From contig OZ024755.1 of the NCBI GenBank assembly GCA_964016885.1, forward strand, positions 6,138,001 to 6,202,000: a stretch of DNA of 64,000 nt, written 5' to 3'. Below the pieces are notes generated by a model. It did no database searches. It saw nothing but the letters and a program-made list of their open reading frames with translations, and was not told the DNA's origin. The DNA is from Eledone cirrhosa (taxonomy: Eukaryota). Position numbers and translations under genes: made by a program. This document shows positions 14,316-28,691 of the stretch, one piece after another (the stretch's first letter is position 1; each line of letters opens with the position of its first letter).

Positions 14316-14505
14316 GTGTGTGTGTGTGTGTGTGCGCACATATGGATCTTATTGCATATGTGAATCTGTATGTATTGAGTTTTATGTGCATATATACATA
14401 TGTATCTATATCTGCATATGCGAGTGTATATGCATTTATTACATACTGAATTTCTGAAATGTTTTAGATATTTTGTGGTAGCACCTCAGAGCAACACTTC
14501 AAGAT

Positions 14506-14805
14506 TTCTGAGAGGCAACTTATCAAAGCTACTGAGCAGCAACATTTCAAAGCTATGGAGAGGCAACCTATCAAAGAATCTGAACAGCAACATTTCAAAG
14601 CTACTGAGAGGCAACCTATCACAGCCAATGAGAGGCAACCTATCAAAGCCAATGAGAGGCAACCTATCAAAGCCACTGAGTGGCAACCTATCAAAGCTAC
14701 TGAGAGGCAACTTATCAAAGCTACTGAGAGGCAACTTATCAAAGCTACTGAGAGGCAACCTATCAAAGCTACTGAGAGGCAACCTATCAAAGCCACTGAG
14801 CAGCA
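14506..14805. repeat. 24-bp minisatellite (CTACTGAGAGGCAACCTATCAAAG)n
   Basis: About 12 units, with occasional shorter GCAGCAACATTTCAAAG variants. Confidence 0.9.
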
Positions 14806-14911
14806 AATTTTACGTTTGCAGTAAGAATATAGGGATTAATCAGCAGCGTCACCTGGCTGCTTAGAAGGAGCATTGGATGGAAGTATGGAAAAATGAAATA
14901 AAACAACTTAC

Positions 14912-15106
14912 CGTTGCAAGCATACAGCGAACCTCTTTGATTGCCCCGCAACATCCGAGGAATGACAGTATGATGACAATGCTCCCAAGGGTTATAAGCA
15001 TGAGAGCAACAGGCAGGAATAAATTACTGCCCAAAGATGAGATGCAGGCTGTCGATTCATAAGCCCGTGTGTAGATACCAATGCCCAATAATACACATCC
15101 ACATAT
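14912..15106 (-). CDS. Tetraspanin, second coding exon (rest of TM1, small loop, TM2, GCCGA motif)
   Basis: 195 nt, 65 codons: ICGCVLLGIGIY...LSFLGCCGAIKEVRCMLAT, containing the GCCGA..E..C tetraspanin signature. CAG acceptor (AG at 15108-15107) and GTAAGT donor (14911-14906). Both ends are phase 0 and in frame with the upstream exon. Later exons were not found in the window. Confidence 0.93.
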
Positions 15107-15257
15107 CTGATATAAGAAAGGTGAGATTTCAGTTAAGAGGAGAATATACATGATATTATTAAATCAAAAGTAAAAACAGAGCAAATAAACCGAAAGAACT
15201 TAGTAAGAGCATATGGAATAGATTGTCTCGATACCTACCTGTATGTATATTTTACTG

Positions 15258-15299
<42 letters not shown>

Positions 15300-15301
<2 letters not shown>

Positions 15302-15474
15302 AAACAGTATGACCCCGACGGCAGAGCTCAAGACGTTTCGACGGGTATGTCTGTGGAAACGGCTTGAGCTTTGCCGTCGGTGTCAAACTTTTTCCTATTA
15401 CCCATTCTACTACCCTAAGTATTGAGTACTCTGGTGCGTTATGGTCCATCTGGTTCCTTACCACAATTCCTTCG

Positions 15475-15476
<2 letters not shown>
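15300..15476 (+). mobile_element. TA-targeted hairpin element, family A
   Basis: Seven copies: 15300-15476, 18439-18575, 31795-31987, 33012-33123, 36421-36617, 40553-40741 and 52657-52720. The family carries an HHR 3' half (GAAACGGC..GCCGT-C) and a GTATTGAGTAC tail. Confidence 0.85.
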
Positions 15477-15523
<47 letters not shown>

Positions 15524-15720
15524 AATATATATATATAAAGAGAGAGCAAGAGCGAGAACGAGAGATTCTTATAGAGCTGCAAACCACTAACAGTGAATTA
15601 TTTCTGTGCTTCATTCATTATACTTATATATATATGTATATATATATATATACTCACTCATTCACTCACACATATACACACCCACTCACTCATTCACTCA
15701 CACACATATATATATATATA

Positions 15721-16142
15721 TGTAAAAGTTCTATTTAAATTGTTGGGATACAACAAGCAAATATTTTTATAACTGATATAAAGCACTAAACAAATTATTG
15801 GAGTAAAAATACGATATATTAACAAATGGAAACTATATTAATAAAACCATATTTATTTCATTATACATATTTCAAGGGGAGCTTCCAACAGAAATGGTCG
15901 CATTCTTTAAGGTATGTCAATATTTATTTATAGAACTGATCTATATTATATTTTATATGATGAAAGCACACCATAATTTAACTTGGTGGCCTTGAAATAT
16001 GTATAATGAAATAAATATGGTTTTATAAATATAGTTTCCATTTGTTAATATATCGTATTTTTACTCCAATAATTTGTTGAGTGCTTTATATCAGTTATAA
16101 AAATATTTGCTTGTTGTATCCCAACAATTTAAATAGAACTTC

Positions 16143-16146
<4 letters not shown>
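15721..16146. repeat. Fold-back element with ~157-bp inverted arms
   Basis: 15721-15877 pairs with 15990-16146 with few mismatches. TA flanks. Confidence 0.9.
15949..16013 (+). ncRNA. Hammerhead-like motif (C3>A variant) within fold-back element 15721-16146
   Basis: TATTTTAT-ATGATGA-AAG..CACCA/TGGTG..CTT-GAAAT ATGT AT-A-ATGAAATA. All three stems pair. Confidence 0.6.
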
Positions 16147-16190
<44 letters not shown>

Positions 16191-16319
16191 TATAAGCAAT
16201 CGAACACATGTTTACAATTCAATCAGTTTATCAATTACTAAATAAAAAAAATCTTAATTAAAAACTCACGTGCGTGTGCATATATATGTGTATGTGTATG
16301 TATGTGTGTGCCTGTCTAC

Positions 16320-16372
<53 letters not shown>

Positions 16373-16550
16373 TGTATGAATATACACCATATGTATTTAT
16401 ACTCACACACATACATTACACTTGCGCGTGTGTGTATGTGCACGTGTGTGAGTGCATGTGTCTGTATGTTTCTGTGTATATGTATTTATACTCACACACA
16501 CATACACTTGCGCGCGTGTGTTTATGTTTGTTTATGTTTATGTTTATGTT

Positions 16551-16591
<41 letters not shown>

Positions 16592-16939
16592 ATTTTCAAT
16601 TGTACTTATTACACTGTATTTTATAAGCCTGTTACCTCACTTTTCTTTCTTAGCGAGTGTGAAAGTGTGAGCCATGTTTAGTACTAAGATTGTTGTATGG
16701 GAATTAAATCTAGATTAGATTAGAAGATCAAAGAATATTTCTCGTTAAGACGCCAATCATAATCTCTTTATTCACCATCTTCACATTGACTCATCAAATT
16801 ATATTAGAATCTTCCAGAATTAGACAAAAATTAACTAAAAAAGTATACCAGTTCATATTGGAGATCTTGGAGATCTTGGAAATCAGTTCTTTTGTTGAAA
16901 AGATCTCTTGCAGATAATGATAATAATAATGAATTCCAA

Positions 16940-17067
16940 TTTAGGTACAAGGCCAACAATTTTGGGGGAGGCGATTGTCGATTAAATCGACCCCAGTGCG
17001 TGACTGGTACTTTATTTTATCGACCCCGTAAGGATGAACGCCGATGCTAACTTCGGCGGGATTTGAA
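16940..17067 (-). mobile_element. SINE, 5'-truncated
   Basis: Family 3' body through the B box. Confidence 0.8.
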
Positions 17068-17363
17068 TTGTGTATATGGATAAGATTAAGCATATATATA
17101 TATAGATAAATACATATATACATACATACATAAATACAAACACATATACATACATACATACATACATACATATAAACACATATACATGTGTACATACATA
17201 AATACAAACACATATACATACATACATACATACAAACACATACATACATACATACATACATACAAACACATATACATGTGTACATACATAAATACAAACA
17301 CATATACATGTGTACATATATATATATATGTATATGTATATGCGTATAAATATTTTATATAAA

Positions 17364-17406
<43 letters not shown>

Positions 17407-17426
17407 TAAGTGATTCGTTTATCCTA

Positions 17427-17466
<40 letters not shown>

Positions 17467-18027
17467 ACGTGTGCGCGTGTGCGTGCGTGCGTCCATTCAT
17501 TGCGTGTGTATATGTGTGTGTAAGTTTAATTTAATCCCGATCTTGATTCGAATACAATTCCTGCAGTTTATATCCCGCCTCAGGAAAGTTAATAATAAAG
17601 AAAGGAAATAAATGTTGATAAATTCACTGTCATTTCTATCTTAGTTTATATTCATTGGTGATACTGGTACAGAAGACATCTCTACCGCCTTTATTGATTT
17701 CAAGTTCTCCTTGCTGAGACACCTTGATTGGAATATATTTAGAAGGGAATAAATAGACCTAAACACATATACATGCACATAAACACACACAAACACGTGC
17801 ACAAACACACACATGTATATATATATATATATATATATATTTATGTATGCATATGTATATGCATACACATATATATTTTTTTTAATGTATGCATATATGT
17901 ATATATATGCATACACACACATATATATATATATATATATGCATACACACACACAAACATATATATATGCATACATATATATATGCATATATAAATATAT
18001 GTATGTATATATATATATATATATATG

Positions 18028-18071
<44 letters not shown>

Positions 18072-18389
18072 TACATATATACGTGGAGTGATCTGTTTAT
18101 TACACGTTAATATGAAGAGAAGGCGAATCTGTTGATCGCAGAACAGACAGGAACATACAACTTCGAAATCAACCTAGACCCAACCTATATCATAATATAT
18201 ATATATAATATATATATATATTTGTAGCAAGGTTGCTTGCATGCGTCTGTAGGCGGTATGCCAGCTGAGAACTCTATGTTCCTTCGGAGCAGAGTATAAT
18301 AAAACAGATCGCATCTCGAGCTGTTCGCCGGAGGAACAATTATAATACATAATAAATTGTATTCCGATGCATCACTGATTCTTCGTTTT

Positions 18390-18441
<52 letters not shown>

Positions 18442-18574
18442 AAGAGTCATGACCCCGACAGCTGAGCTCCGGCCGTTTCGACAGCTAGATCTGAACTTAC
18501 CCATTCTATTACACTAAGTATCGAGTACTTTGGTTTGTTTTGGTCCACCTGATTCCTTACCTCACTTCCGTCGT

Positions 18575-18606
<32 letters not shown>

Positions 18607-18780
18607 TAGAGATAGAGAGAGAGAGAGAGAGAGAGAGGGGGGTAGCACACTGGCAGGTAGTATCCGTAGTGGTAGAGTACTCAGTCCATGGGACGAGTTT
18701 GGTAGAAGTAGTAACACAACAGTTAGTTCACCATATCGAGAAAAATTCCTTTCTCCTTAGACTCTGAGCTGAAGATCCGC

Positions 18781-18818
18781 TGAGCTGAAGATCCGCTAAG
18801 GTGAAACAATTGTCCTCA
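18781..18818 (+). ncRNA. Minimal type I hammerhead ribozyme
   Basis: TGAG-CTGAAGA-tCCgctaaGGt-GAAAC AATT GT-C-CTCA. Stem III is the palindrome ACAATTGT with a GUC site. Confidence 0.8.
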
Positions 18819-19189
18819 TTATGGTGAACTAACTGTTGTGTTAATACTTATATATATATGACTACAAGTTTGCGTACAGGTATAAACATGTATGTATGCG
18901 TTTATGAATATTTATGTGTACGCGTGTAATACCTGATTCAATTTCTGAGCCGAATCACAGGAGATAGATAGGTTTCATAGTGTGAGCTTAATCACCACAG
19001 CAAGATGAAATCTAGCTGTGAAAGTTTGCAGAAATATATCACTATTATAAACCTCTATGGTATATCGCTGGTGCTTTCAAAGTTTATCACTTTCCCCTCT
19101 TCCTATAATGCAATAGTTTATATAGTTGTGTCGACGTTTACATTACGTAGTTGTTACTCTCAATCTCTTTGCTGATATATATCTCTCTC

Positions 19190-19191
19190 TT

Positions 19192-19222
<31 letters not shown>

Positions 19223-19282
19223 TTATATATGCATATACCTATATATATATATACATATACATATATATATATACATATACAT

Positions 19283-19340
<58 letters not shown>

Positions 19341-21003
19341 GCATATATATATATTTATATATACATATACATATATTTATATATACATATATATATATTT
19401 ATATATACATATACATATATTTATATATACATATATTTATAAATACATATATATACACATATATATACACATATATATATACATATACATATATATATAT
19501 TTATATATGCATATACATATATGTATATATGCATACACATATATATATATTTATATATACATATACATATATGCATACACATATATATATATTTATATAT
19601 ACATATATGCATACACATATATATATATTTATATATACATATATATACATATATATATATTTATATTTATATATACATATACATATATTTATATATGCAT
19701 ATACATATATTTATATATGCATATACATATATTTATATATGCATATACATATATATATATATACATATACATATATATATATATACATATACATATATTT
19801 ATATATGCATATACATATATATATATATACATATACATATATTTATATATGCATATACATATATATATATATACATATACATATATTTATATATGCATAT
19901 ACATATATATACATATACATATATTTATATATGCATATACATATACATATATATATATTTATATATACATATACATATATTTATATATACATATACATAT
20001 ATATATATTTATATATACATATACATATATTTATATATACATATACATATATATATATTTATATATACATATACATATATATATATTTATATATACATAT
20101 ACATATATATATATTTATATATACATATACATATATATATATTTATATATACATATACATATATATATATTTATATATACATATACATATATATATATTT
20201 ATATATACATATACATATATATATATTTATATATACATATACATATATATATATTTATATATACATATACATATATATATATTTATATATACATATACAT
20301 ATATATATATTTATATATACATATACATATATATATATTTATATATACATATACATATATATATATTTATATATACATATACATATATATATATTTATAT
20401 ATACATATACATATATTTATATATACATATACATATATTTATATATACATATACATATATATACATATACATATATATACATATATATATATATACATAT
20501 ATATATATTTATATATACATATATATATATTTATATATACATATACATATATATATATTTATATATACATATACATATATTTATATATACATATACATAT
20601 ATTTATATATACATATACATATATTTATATATACATATATTTATATATACATATACATATATTTATATATACATATACATATATTTATATATACATATAC
20701 TTATATATACATATACATATATTTATATATACATATATATATATTTATATATACATATATATATATTTATATATGCATATACATATATATATATACATAT
20801 ATATACATATATATATATATTTATATATGCATATACATATATTTATATATGCATATACATATATTTATATATACATATACATATATATACATATACATAT
20901 ATATATATATACATATACATATATATATATACATATACATATATATATATACATATACATATATACATATACATATATATATATATATATTTGTACATAT
21001 ATA
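19190..21003. repeat. Compound (TA)n/CATATA/TTTATA microsatellite
   Basis: Direct reading. Confidence 0.95.
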
Positions 21004-21499
21004 GACTCACAAAACATATTTATACATACACATACAACGTACCCATACATACATATACACACACATACATACAAATAGTACTCGACGTTTACATTACTTA
21101 ATCGTTATTCTCAATCTGTATGATATATTGCTTAGAACATATATTGTTTCTCTCAACATTTTTGCTATATATTACCTGATGATTAATCACTTTTTTTTAC
21201 TATCTTTACTTTCTATAAGGTATTGGAGCCAGTCTCAGGGATTAGTTCTTACCTCCCGACCATCCGATACATATAATGTCTGTTTCAATCCTTGGCGAAC
21301 CATTTAACGTCACTTCTTGCATAAATTTCCACTCATAGTTAATAAACTAAAGAAGTATTCAATATACTCCTTTGGGATAACTTACTCTCAACACCCTGCA
21401 TCGATTTGTTGTTTTTTGTAGCTGTTACATAACAACAAGTATCTCGGGCTTTTTACTATCACTTCCATTACAGTGTTTATCACAATTCTATTTCTATGA

Positions 21500-22080
21500 T
21501 ATAATCTTTTTGTGACGCTAACTCCGCCAGTTGCAGACTGCGCATTAACATCTGATATTTCTTTCCACAAAGTTCGATCACCAGCAGCAGAGTTCAGGGA
21601 GCAAAGATCAAGTCCAGTCCATAAGTTGACATTGTCAAGCCATTGTTTTGGCTGCCGGCCTTTGCTTCTCTAACCAGGCAACCTTCCTTCCAGGAATATA
21701 TAATGTCTTTCGATCACCAGCAGCAGAGTTCAGGGAGCAAAGATCAAGTCCAGTCCATAAGTTGACATTATCAAGCCATTGTTTTGGCTGCCGGCCTCTG
21801 CTTCTCTCACCAGCCAACCTTCCTTCCAAGCATAACCTACTCACACCACGAGTTGATCTTTTTATATGACCGTATAGTTTGAGATATCTTGACAATTGAT
21901 GTAATTGGTCTAAGTTTGGTAATGTTGAGCAGCTCACTGATACAAATACCGTCGCTGAGCCGCTTGCCAGTCAAAGGATGATGATGTGGTTTTGGAATGT
22001 AGGGAGCTTCTGAAGTTACCTTGTCGTCCAATTAACACAGTCAAGACCATATAACACTACTGGTATAATGCCAGTATTAT
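21500..22080 (-). mobile_element. Degraded RTE-type LINE 3' end with internal duplication
   Basis: Translation LKLYGHIKR...LEGRLAGERSRGRQPKQWLDNVNLWTG is typical of the RTE ORF C-terminus. IIPVVLYG occurs near 22045-22070. A 120-bp segment is duplicated (21573-21692 and 21709-21828). Confidence 0.75.
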
Positions 22081-22379
22081 ATCATAGCTGATGTGACAGC
22101 TATGATATAACACTGATATCTAAATATTTCTCATTACCTTCTTTAAAGACTAATGAGATGACTTCTATATATCCGTTACAAGTGCCACGACGAAGTTCCT
22201 CGTCCATCTCACCCTTTCCAACATTGTCGTCATTTCCCCTGCCTCCAATTTGGTGTCATTCTCAAGAAAATTCTTTAGCGTTGTGGCTGGTTCCCAATTC
22301 ATCTGCACGCATCCCTAGAGGAGAATGGACTCAACCATTGCTTTCAATAACCTCATTTTTGTAGTTTTCTTGATGACTT

Positions 22380-22780
22380 CTACGTGGTCACTAAACTTGC
22401 TAGAAGTAGCACCTTCCCTAAAATAACACCTTACAATCGTATAACGAAAGGACACACTGGACAACGCAACTCTAGATACCATATGTCAATAAAATACGAG
22501 AGAGGATCACAAAGCTGTCATGTATTATATTGGTCTTTTCTGAAGCAGCCCCTTACTATGGAAATCTGTTGAGTTCAAAGATAAAATTAGTTATATCCTC
22601 AAGATTGTTCCTTCACAAAAAGGAAAAGATCCTATTAATACAACCTGGTTTAAACCACTTCTCACCAAACGTGCGTTTAGTCAAGTATAATTTCCTTCCT
22701 ACATTTAATAGATAAATAGTTTTCGAGAAATTCATAGACATAAAGACATCTGTTCAAAACACATGTTTCTAAAACATTTC
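22380..22780 (-). mobile_element. Possible very decayed non-LTR reverse transcriptase fragment
   Basis: Weak remnants in the expected order: VFMSMNFSKTIYLLN (resembling LDFSKAFD) and QLCDPLSY (resembling RQGDPLSP). The frame is disrupted. Confidence 0.3.
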
Positions 22781-25334
22781 TCAGATCACCACCAACCTGA
22801 ATTTATTTATATGATGTAAGTAAACCACATCGAAAGAGGCTAGTTGCCCATGAAGAAAAACAACAAGAGTTGAACGTGTTATAGAGGCTGTCATACAAGA
22901 GGCGGAATGTGATTTAACATAGCCGAAATTTGGCACCAACCGGTACCACGATATTGATATAAGAGAACGGTCATTCAAAATGACTGTACAAATATATCTC
23001 TTCTTTCAGACTATTGATATACGAAATTTGACAACGATTTCGAGATACACATATTCTTAAAGAAAATCTAAGCTACAATATCAACATCAAATAGAACAGA
23101 TAGATCTAGATTGTTGATAGATCTATGTCTTATATAAACGACAGTGAAGACTGGGCTTTCTGTATTGCTGCATACGAAACCTCGTCGTTGCGAAGTAAAC
23201 ATCTGAACAGCACAACTTTGTCAGCTTCCTTATATTTACACAGTATAATGAGTCCCGAATTTCAATATCACCACTTGCATATACACAGATAAAGATAAAC
23301 TAACATATGTATGTATATATTCATATAGATATACATATTTTACATTTCTATATACATTAATATTTTTAGTTATATATACAACTATATATTTATACATATA
23401 TTTTTCTGTACAGTTCTAAAGAGAGCGAATGATAATGGGGAGGTGAGAAAGTATACATACATAGATGCATACATATATACATAGATACATGTATATATAC
23501 ATAGATACATACATATATATATATATAGATACATACAAGCATACATACATATATACATACATTCGTACATTCAAACAAATGTACCATTATCATCTAAGTA
23601 ATACATAGGTTGCCAAGAAGTCACCATCGAGTTCATAAAAGAAGTATTTCTTAAAATGACGAGTCAACATCACTAATCTGCAGTCTAGGTCGTTTGCTTA
23701 CAAAGAATATAACAAGCAACATAAATATATATGGAAGAAAATTAGATAAAACATATGTCTGAGGAGAAAAACAAAATCAAAAAGCAACAAATCATATAAA
23801 ATACTTACACACACTCACTGATTCATACTTATAAACATCTCTTGACATACACACACAATATCATCGATATACACACATTGCCTTCCACACACACAAATAC
23901 GCACACAAGTAAACAAATTTCCATAGACGTAAGAAAGTGAGAAAAACGAAAAGGAAACGTTAAAAAAAATCATGAACGGACTTAAAATGGCGTAATGTAA
24001 AGTGTGTGATGTATTGAACACTGAATAAAGCACAAACTCTTAACAGTAATGCTAAAAAATATGGAAGCTAATAGGGGAAAGAACCTAAATTTCACTAATG
24101 TAGTAACAACAGTGAATGTGTTTTTTTAATATAAAAAAAGTTATTCTAAATAAAGGGAAAATATAATAAAAAAAGTAATAAAAATGTTTTAAAGTGTTGC
24201 AGACGTAATCTGGAAAACTCTCGGCAGCATGATATTTTGCTAACGAGATTACATGGCGTATGCGGGTTAGAAATCAATGTTTTACAACCTTAATCCAATC
24301 ACGAAAGTGCATGCGAAGTACCATTAGTATCAGGCAAAAACACACATATTTTCTTCCTCACTCTCTCGCCCAGTTCTATTTCTCGCTTTCATTTTCTCCC
24401 CCTCTCTCTCGTTGTGCTACTTATCTCTCTCCATCTATCTTATTCTCTCACTCCAATGATCACACACACACACACACTCTCTCCTCTTCATCTATGCCTT
24501 TCCCTCCGCTCTGTTGTACACATTGCAGCAAAACTCTCTTTATATTACATTATGGTGTCCTTAAGGTTAAATTCTTTGTTGTTCTATAGATGGTTACGAA
24601 AGGATGTAGATTTTCTACTTTTTTCTTAGATTTGGGTCCTATAAGTAATACTATTACTCCATCTAGTATGTAGAGTCTTCATTGCCTACTTAGTTCGGTT
24701 TATAATAAATTTGTCAGCGCTTAAGGGAGATTATACTTTGCTAATGATTTCTAATAAAACCGAAACAGGTACATGGCTATAATCTTCATGAACGCCATTG
24801 TAGTTTTCATCATTCTTAATTAAATTAAATAAATCTCCACAGTTGCCCCCTGTTGCCTTGTTGAATAGAACTATCATTTCCTAGGTATTGTCATCACATT
24901 TTAATTTTGATTTAATTTCAATTAATTAAGGAGGATTCAATTTTATTGACAAATGTTTATTTTAGTGTCAATGGTTGATTTATATGAATATGCTGGGCTA
25001 ACAGAGATGTGTACAGACACACAGAGACACACACATATATACACAGACACACACATATATACACAGACACGCACACAGAGACAGGCACGCACATAGACAC
25101 AGACAGGCACACACACAGACACAGACAGGCACACACACACACAGACACGCACATAGACACAGAAACACAGTCAGGCACACATACACACATACACAGAAAG
25201 TCACACATACATACAGACATGCACATAGACAAGCACACATACACAGAGAAACACAGTCAGGCACACACGCAGAGACACATACACACAGACATGCACATAG
25301 ACACTGGCACACACACACACACACACACAGTCAG

Positions 25335-25367
<33 letters not shown>

Positions 25368-25651
25368 CAGGCACACACACAGACAGACACACAGACAGGC
25401 ACACATACACACACACAGAAACACAGTCAGGCACATACACACACAGACATGCACGTAGACACAGGCACACATACACACACACATACAAACACAGTCAGGC
25501 ACACACACAGACACACACACACACATACACATAGATACATGCACACACACACAGACACACATACACACACACAGTCAGGCACACAATGGCATATACCATA
25601 GACGGCTCAATGAATCAGAGAATGATATATAAACAAGTATAATATACTTAC

Positions 25652-25717
25652 TAATATGAGGAAGTTAAATATGAACATGGAATATTTGAGAAAATTTCCA
25701 CACCTCGTCAACCCCAT
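25652..25717 (-). CDS. Tetraspanin, first coding exon (N-terminus/TM1): MGLTRCGNFLKYSMFIFNFLIL
   Basis: ATG at 25717. The 22 codons match the tetraspanin start motif C.KY.MF.FN. Phase-0 GTAAGT donor at 25651-25646. An upstream pyrimidine-rich acceptor (TTGCAG, AG at 25780-25779) implies the exon starts at 25778 with 5'UTR and that a further upstream non-coding exon exists. Confidence 0.9.
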
Positions 25718-26428
25718 CTCCGAATATGAACTCGCCGTGACTGTCGGGTTAATGGTGACGGTCTGAATGGAACAGGCTCTGCAATAAATAAATAAATAGA
25801 TAAATAAACAAACAGGTACTATAATTATAAGTTTAAATATTAAAAAAAAAAAAAAAAAAAAAAATGGAAACAAGACAGAAGATGATCCGGAGATCGGACC
25901 AAGTAATTAATGTTTCTATTGATTCTTCCATCGATGATCATATATGCAGTTACATAAAGCAACGTAAACAAATGATTTGGTCAAAATCACAACACAAGTC
26001 ATCGGATCCAACAACCTAAATATTAGATAGATCCATCCAGGAAGTGAATAATCGCTTCACAATATTTTGCCAAGATATATTAATGTAAGTAACAATATAA
26101 CTTATAAAATGCTGCTTTAACCTGTGGTCTACCATAATATCCGCAGTCTACGCTGTGTAATGAGCAGAACTATCTGCCGTATAGTTAGGGTCAGGTGAGG
26201 TCATGTAGACCACACACTGAATTGAAAATAGCTAGGTAGATCACACGCTGAACTATAAATAGCCAGGTACAACATATTAAACTGATACCATTTGTGATAT
26301 TGTTAGGTCTGGATGAATAATGGCCTTTTAAGTTGGCAAAGAATCCAGTTCCTTCACCGATTACTCAGTGCACCAGATGCAGGGTTAAAATAGTTAGGGT
26401 AAGATACAGGTTACTCTGAATCACTGAA

Positions 26429-26496
<68 letters not shown>

Positions 26497-26503
26497 ATGC
26501 ATG

Positions 26504-26534
<31 letters not shown>

Positions 26535-26943
26535 GTATTAGTAAATTCACGTGAATAATCTGAGAAACATCTGGTCTCTTGGTACTGAATGCAAGCTATT
26601 GGAATTACTGAGACTGTTGATAAGTAAAGCAGAGTACTAAATATATTCCCAGAAAACTGAGTATGCCATTTGGTCTAAATTCCACGTTTTAGTAGTTTCA
26701 CTTCACCGACGTCAAAACTAATCTTAGCGAAGTCGTGAACTTTATAGTTAACATTTTCCAAGCTGTTATGCTTTCAAAATTATCGCTAACACTCCACTTA
26801 TTTGGCATTTACAGCCCTTAAGTTCAAAACATCAAATTTGATGATACAAAATTATTATCAGCTAAAGACATATGTAAAATGATATTAAACTTAATTGATA
26901 ACTAGAAGGATATGTTAAGTATGTCGAAAATATGAAGAAATCT

Positions 26944-26996
<53 letters not shown>

Positions 26997-27711
26997 CTGC
27001 AGTATATATATATGTGTGTGTGTGTGTGTGTCTGTGTATATATATATATATATATATGTACATACATCGTGGTAGAACGTAAATAATTATGTTTTTATAG
27101 AGGTGAAGAAGAATTTTAACTATCAGTCGAGAGTATAATGTTTGCTCACATTATAATTGATGTGATTTTTGTTGTTGACGAATACATGAAATAGAAGTAG
27201 AGCTACTTGAATCATTGAGGCCTGACTGAGTAGAGATATTGTATTGCTAGTAATGGATATATGTGCTACCATGTACTTGGAATACCTATGGCAGATTGGT
27301 TAAGACTTTCGCTGCATAATCTTGAGGGACTGGGTTCGGCACTACTTCCTGACATTAAGAAAATGTTTTTCTTGATGGATGTTCCGTTTGTTAGATCAAC
27401 AGTGAGTCTACACGTTAAATTCGTGTGTATGTAGACTAGGTATTCCACACACACGTGTAATGTTGACATAAACATTAGGAAGATTCAACGTGACAGTGTG
27501 TGACGAATGTGGGTCTATGAATTACAGGTACAATTCATATGACGGGCTTCTCAACAGTTTCCGTATACCCAATATCAATCGTAAGGCTTGGTAAAAGTAT
27601 TGAGCTCAAGAAAACTCACAATAGTGTTAGACCCGGGTCCTTAAGATTGCAATTCAAACCTCTGAGCCACATTACCATGCTGCTTCCACATTGCTATAAT
27701 AGAGATGTGTA

Positions 27712-27901
27712 ATAGTTTCTACTTTTGGCACAAGGCCAGCAATTATCCCAATACATTACTGGTACTTTATTTTATCGACCCCGTAAGGGTGAAAGGCAAA
27801 GTGAACCTCGGCGCGATTTGAACTCAAAACATAAAGAGCCGAAACTCGTTACTGCAAAGCATGGCGTCCAACTCTCTACCGATACTGCCAATCCCCCGCC
27901 C
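27712..27901 (-). mobile_element. SINE (major family)
   Basis: Full family consensus. Confidence 0.85.
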
Positions 27902-28512
27902 TTATAGAGATGTATATCCTATGTAGTATTATTTAAGGAAGCTTAGTGCTGTGTATGGTAGTGTAGGGCATTGTGTTATATCTCCTTTGTTCGGCTTTGA
28001 GTGGTTCCACTATTATGATACTCCAATAGGATATTAGTTTCTACTGGAAGTATTGTAATATTCCAGCATTGTAATATTCTATATTACCATTGCGGCTCCC
28101 CTCTTTGAATTGATCTATTTTCTGTATATAAACCATTCAAGTTAAGTATTTCAATGAAGAAATTGGAACGTAGCCAATCAAATGTTTCAGTTAATTAAGG
28201 AAAACGTGGATTTTAATGAAGTAATTATATCGCTGCATTTAATAGATCTGTTTGATATTTTGCAGGAGATGACTAATTTGTAGAGGCAGCAGTTGCAGCA
28301 ACTTAGAGAAAGAGATCTCAAGAAACTCTATCCAAACGTGAAAGGATTTTACAAACTGTTGAGTGAAAGGGCAAAGATTGTAGAAGTAAAACATTGTATA
28401 GCAAGAGGTGAAATATTTGAACAAATTAACGGACAGTATTATACAACAACACTATATAACAATGTATGGTACTCCGTCGGTTACGACGACCAGAGTTCCA
28501 ATTGATCCGATC

Positions 28513-28578
<66 letters not shown>

Positions 28579-28597
28579 GATCGTGTATGTGTATATA

Positions 28598-28638
<41 letters not shown>

Positions 28639-28644
28639 GATCAT

Positions 28645-28686
<42 letters not shown>

Positions 28687-28691
<5 letters not shown>

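Noticed and set aside
14506-14805. CRISPR-like array (also 31493-31785)
   Set aside because: These are contiguous tandem units without unique spacers, in eukaryotic DNA with no cas genes.
18112-18169. ATGAAGA-GAAG...CTTC-GAAAT as a hammerhead
   Set aside because: Stem II is plausible, but the core is mutated and there is no stem III or stem I, so it was not counted.
28293-28505. 70-aa ORF after a TTTTGCAG acceptor
   Set aside because: No recognisable domain or partner exons, and it runs into a repeat fragment.
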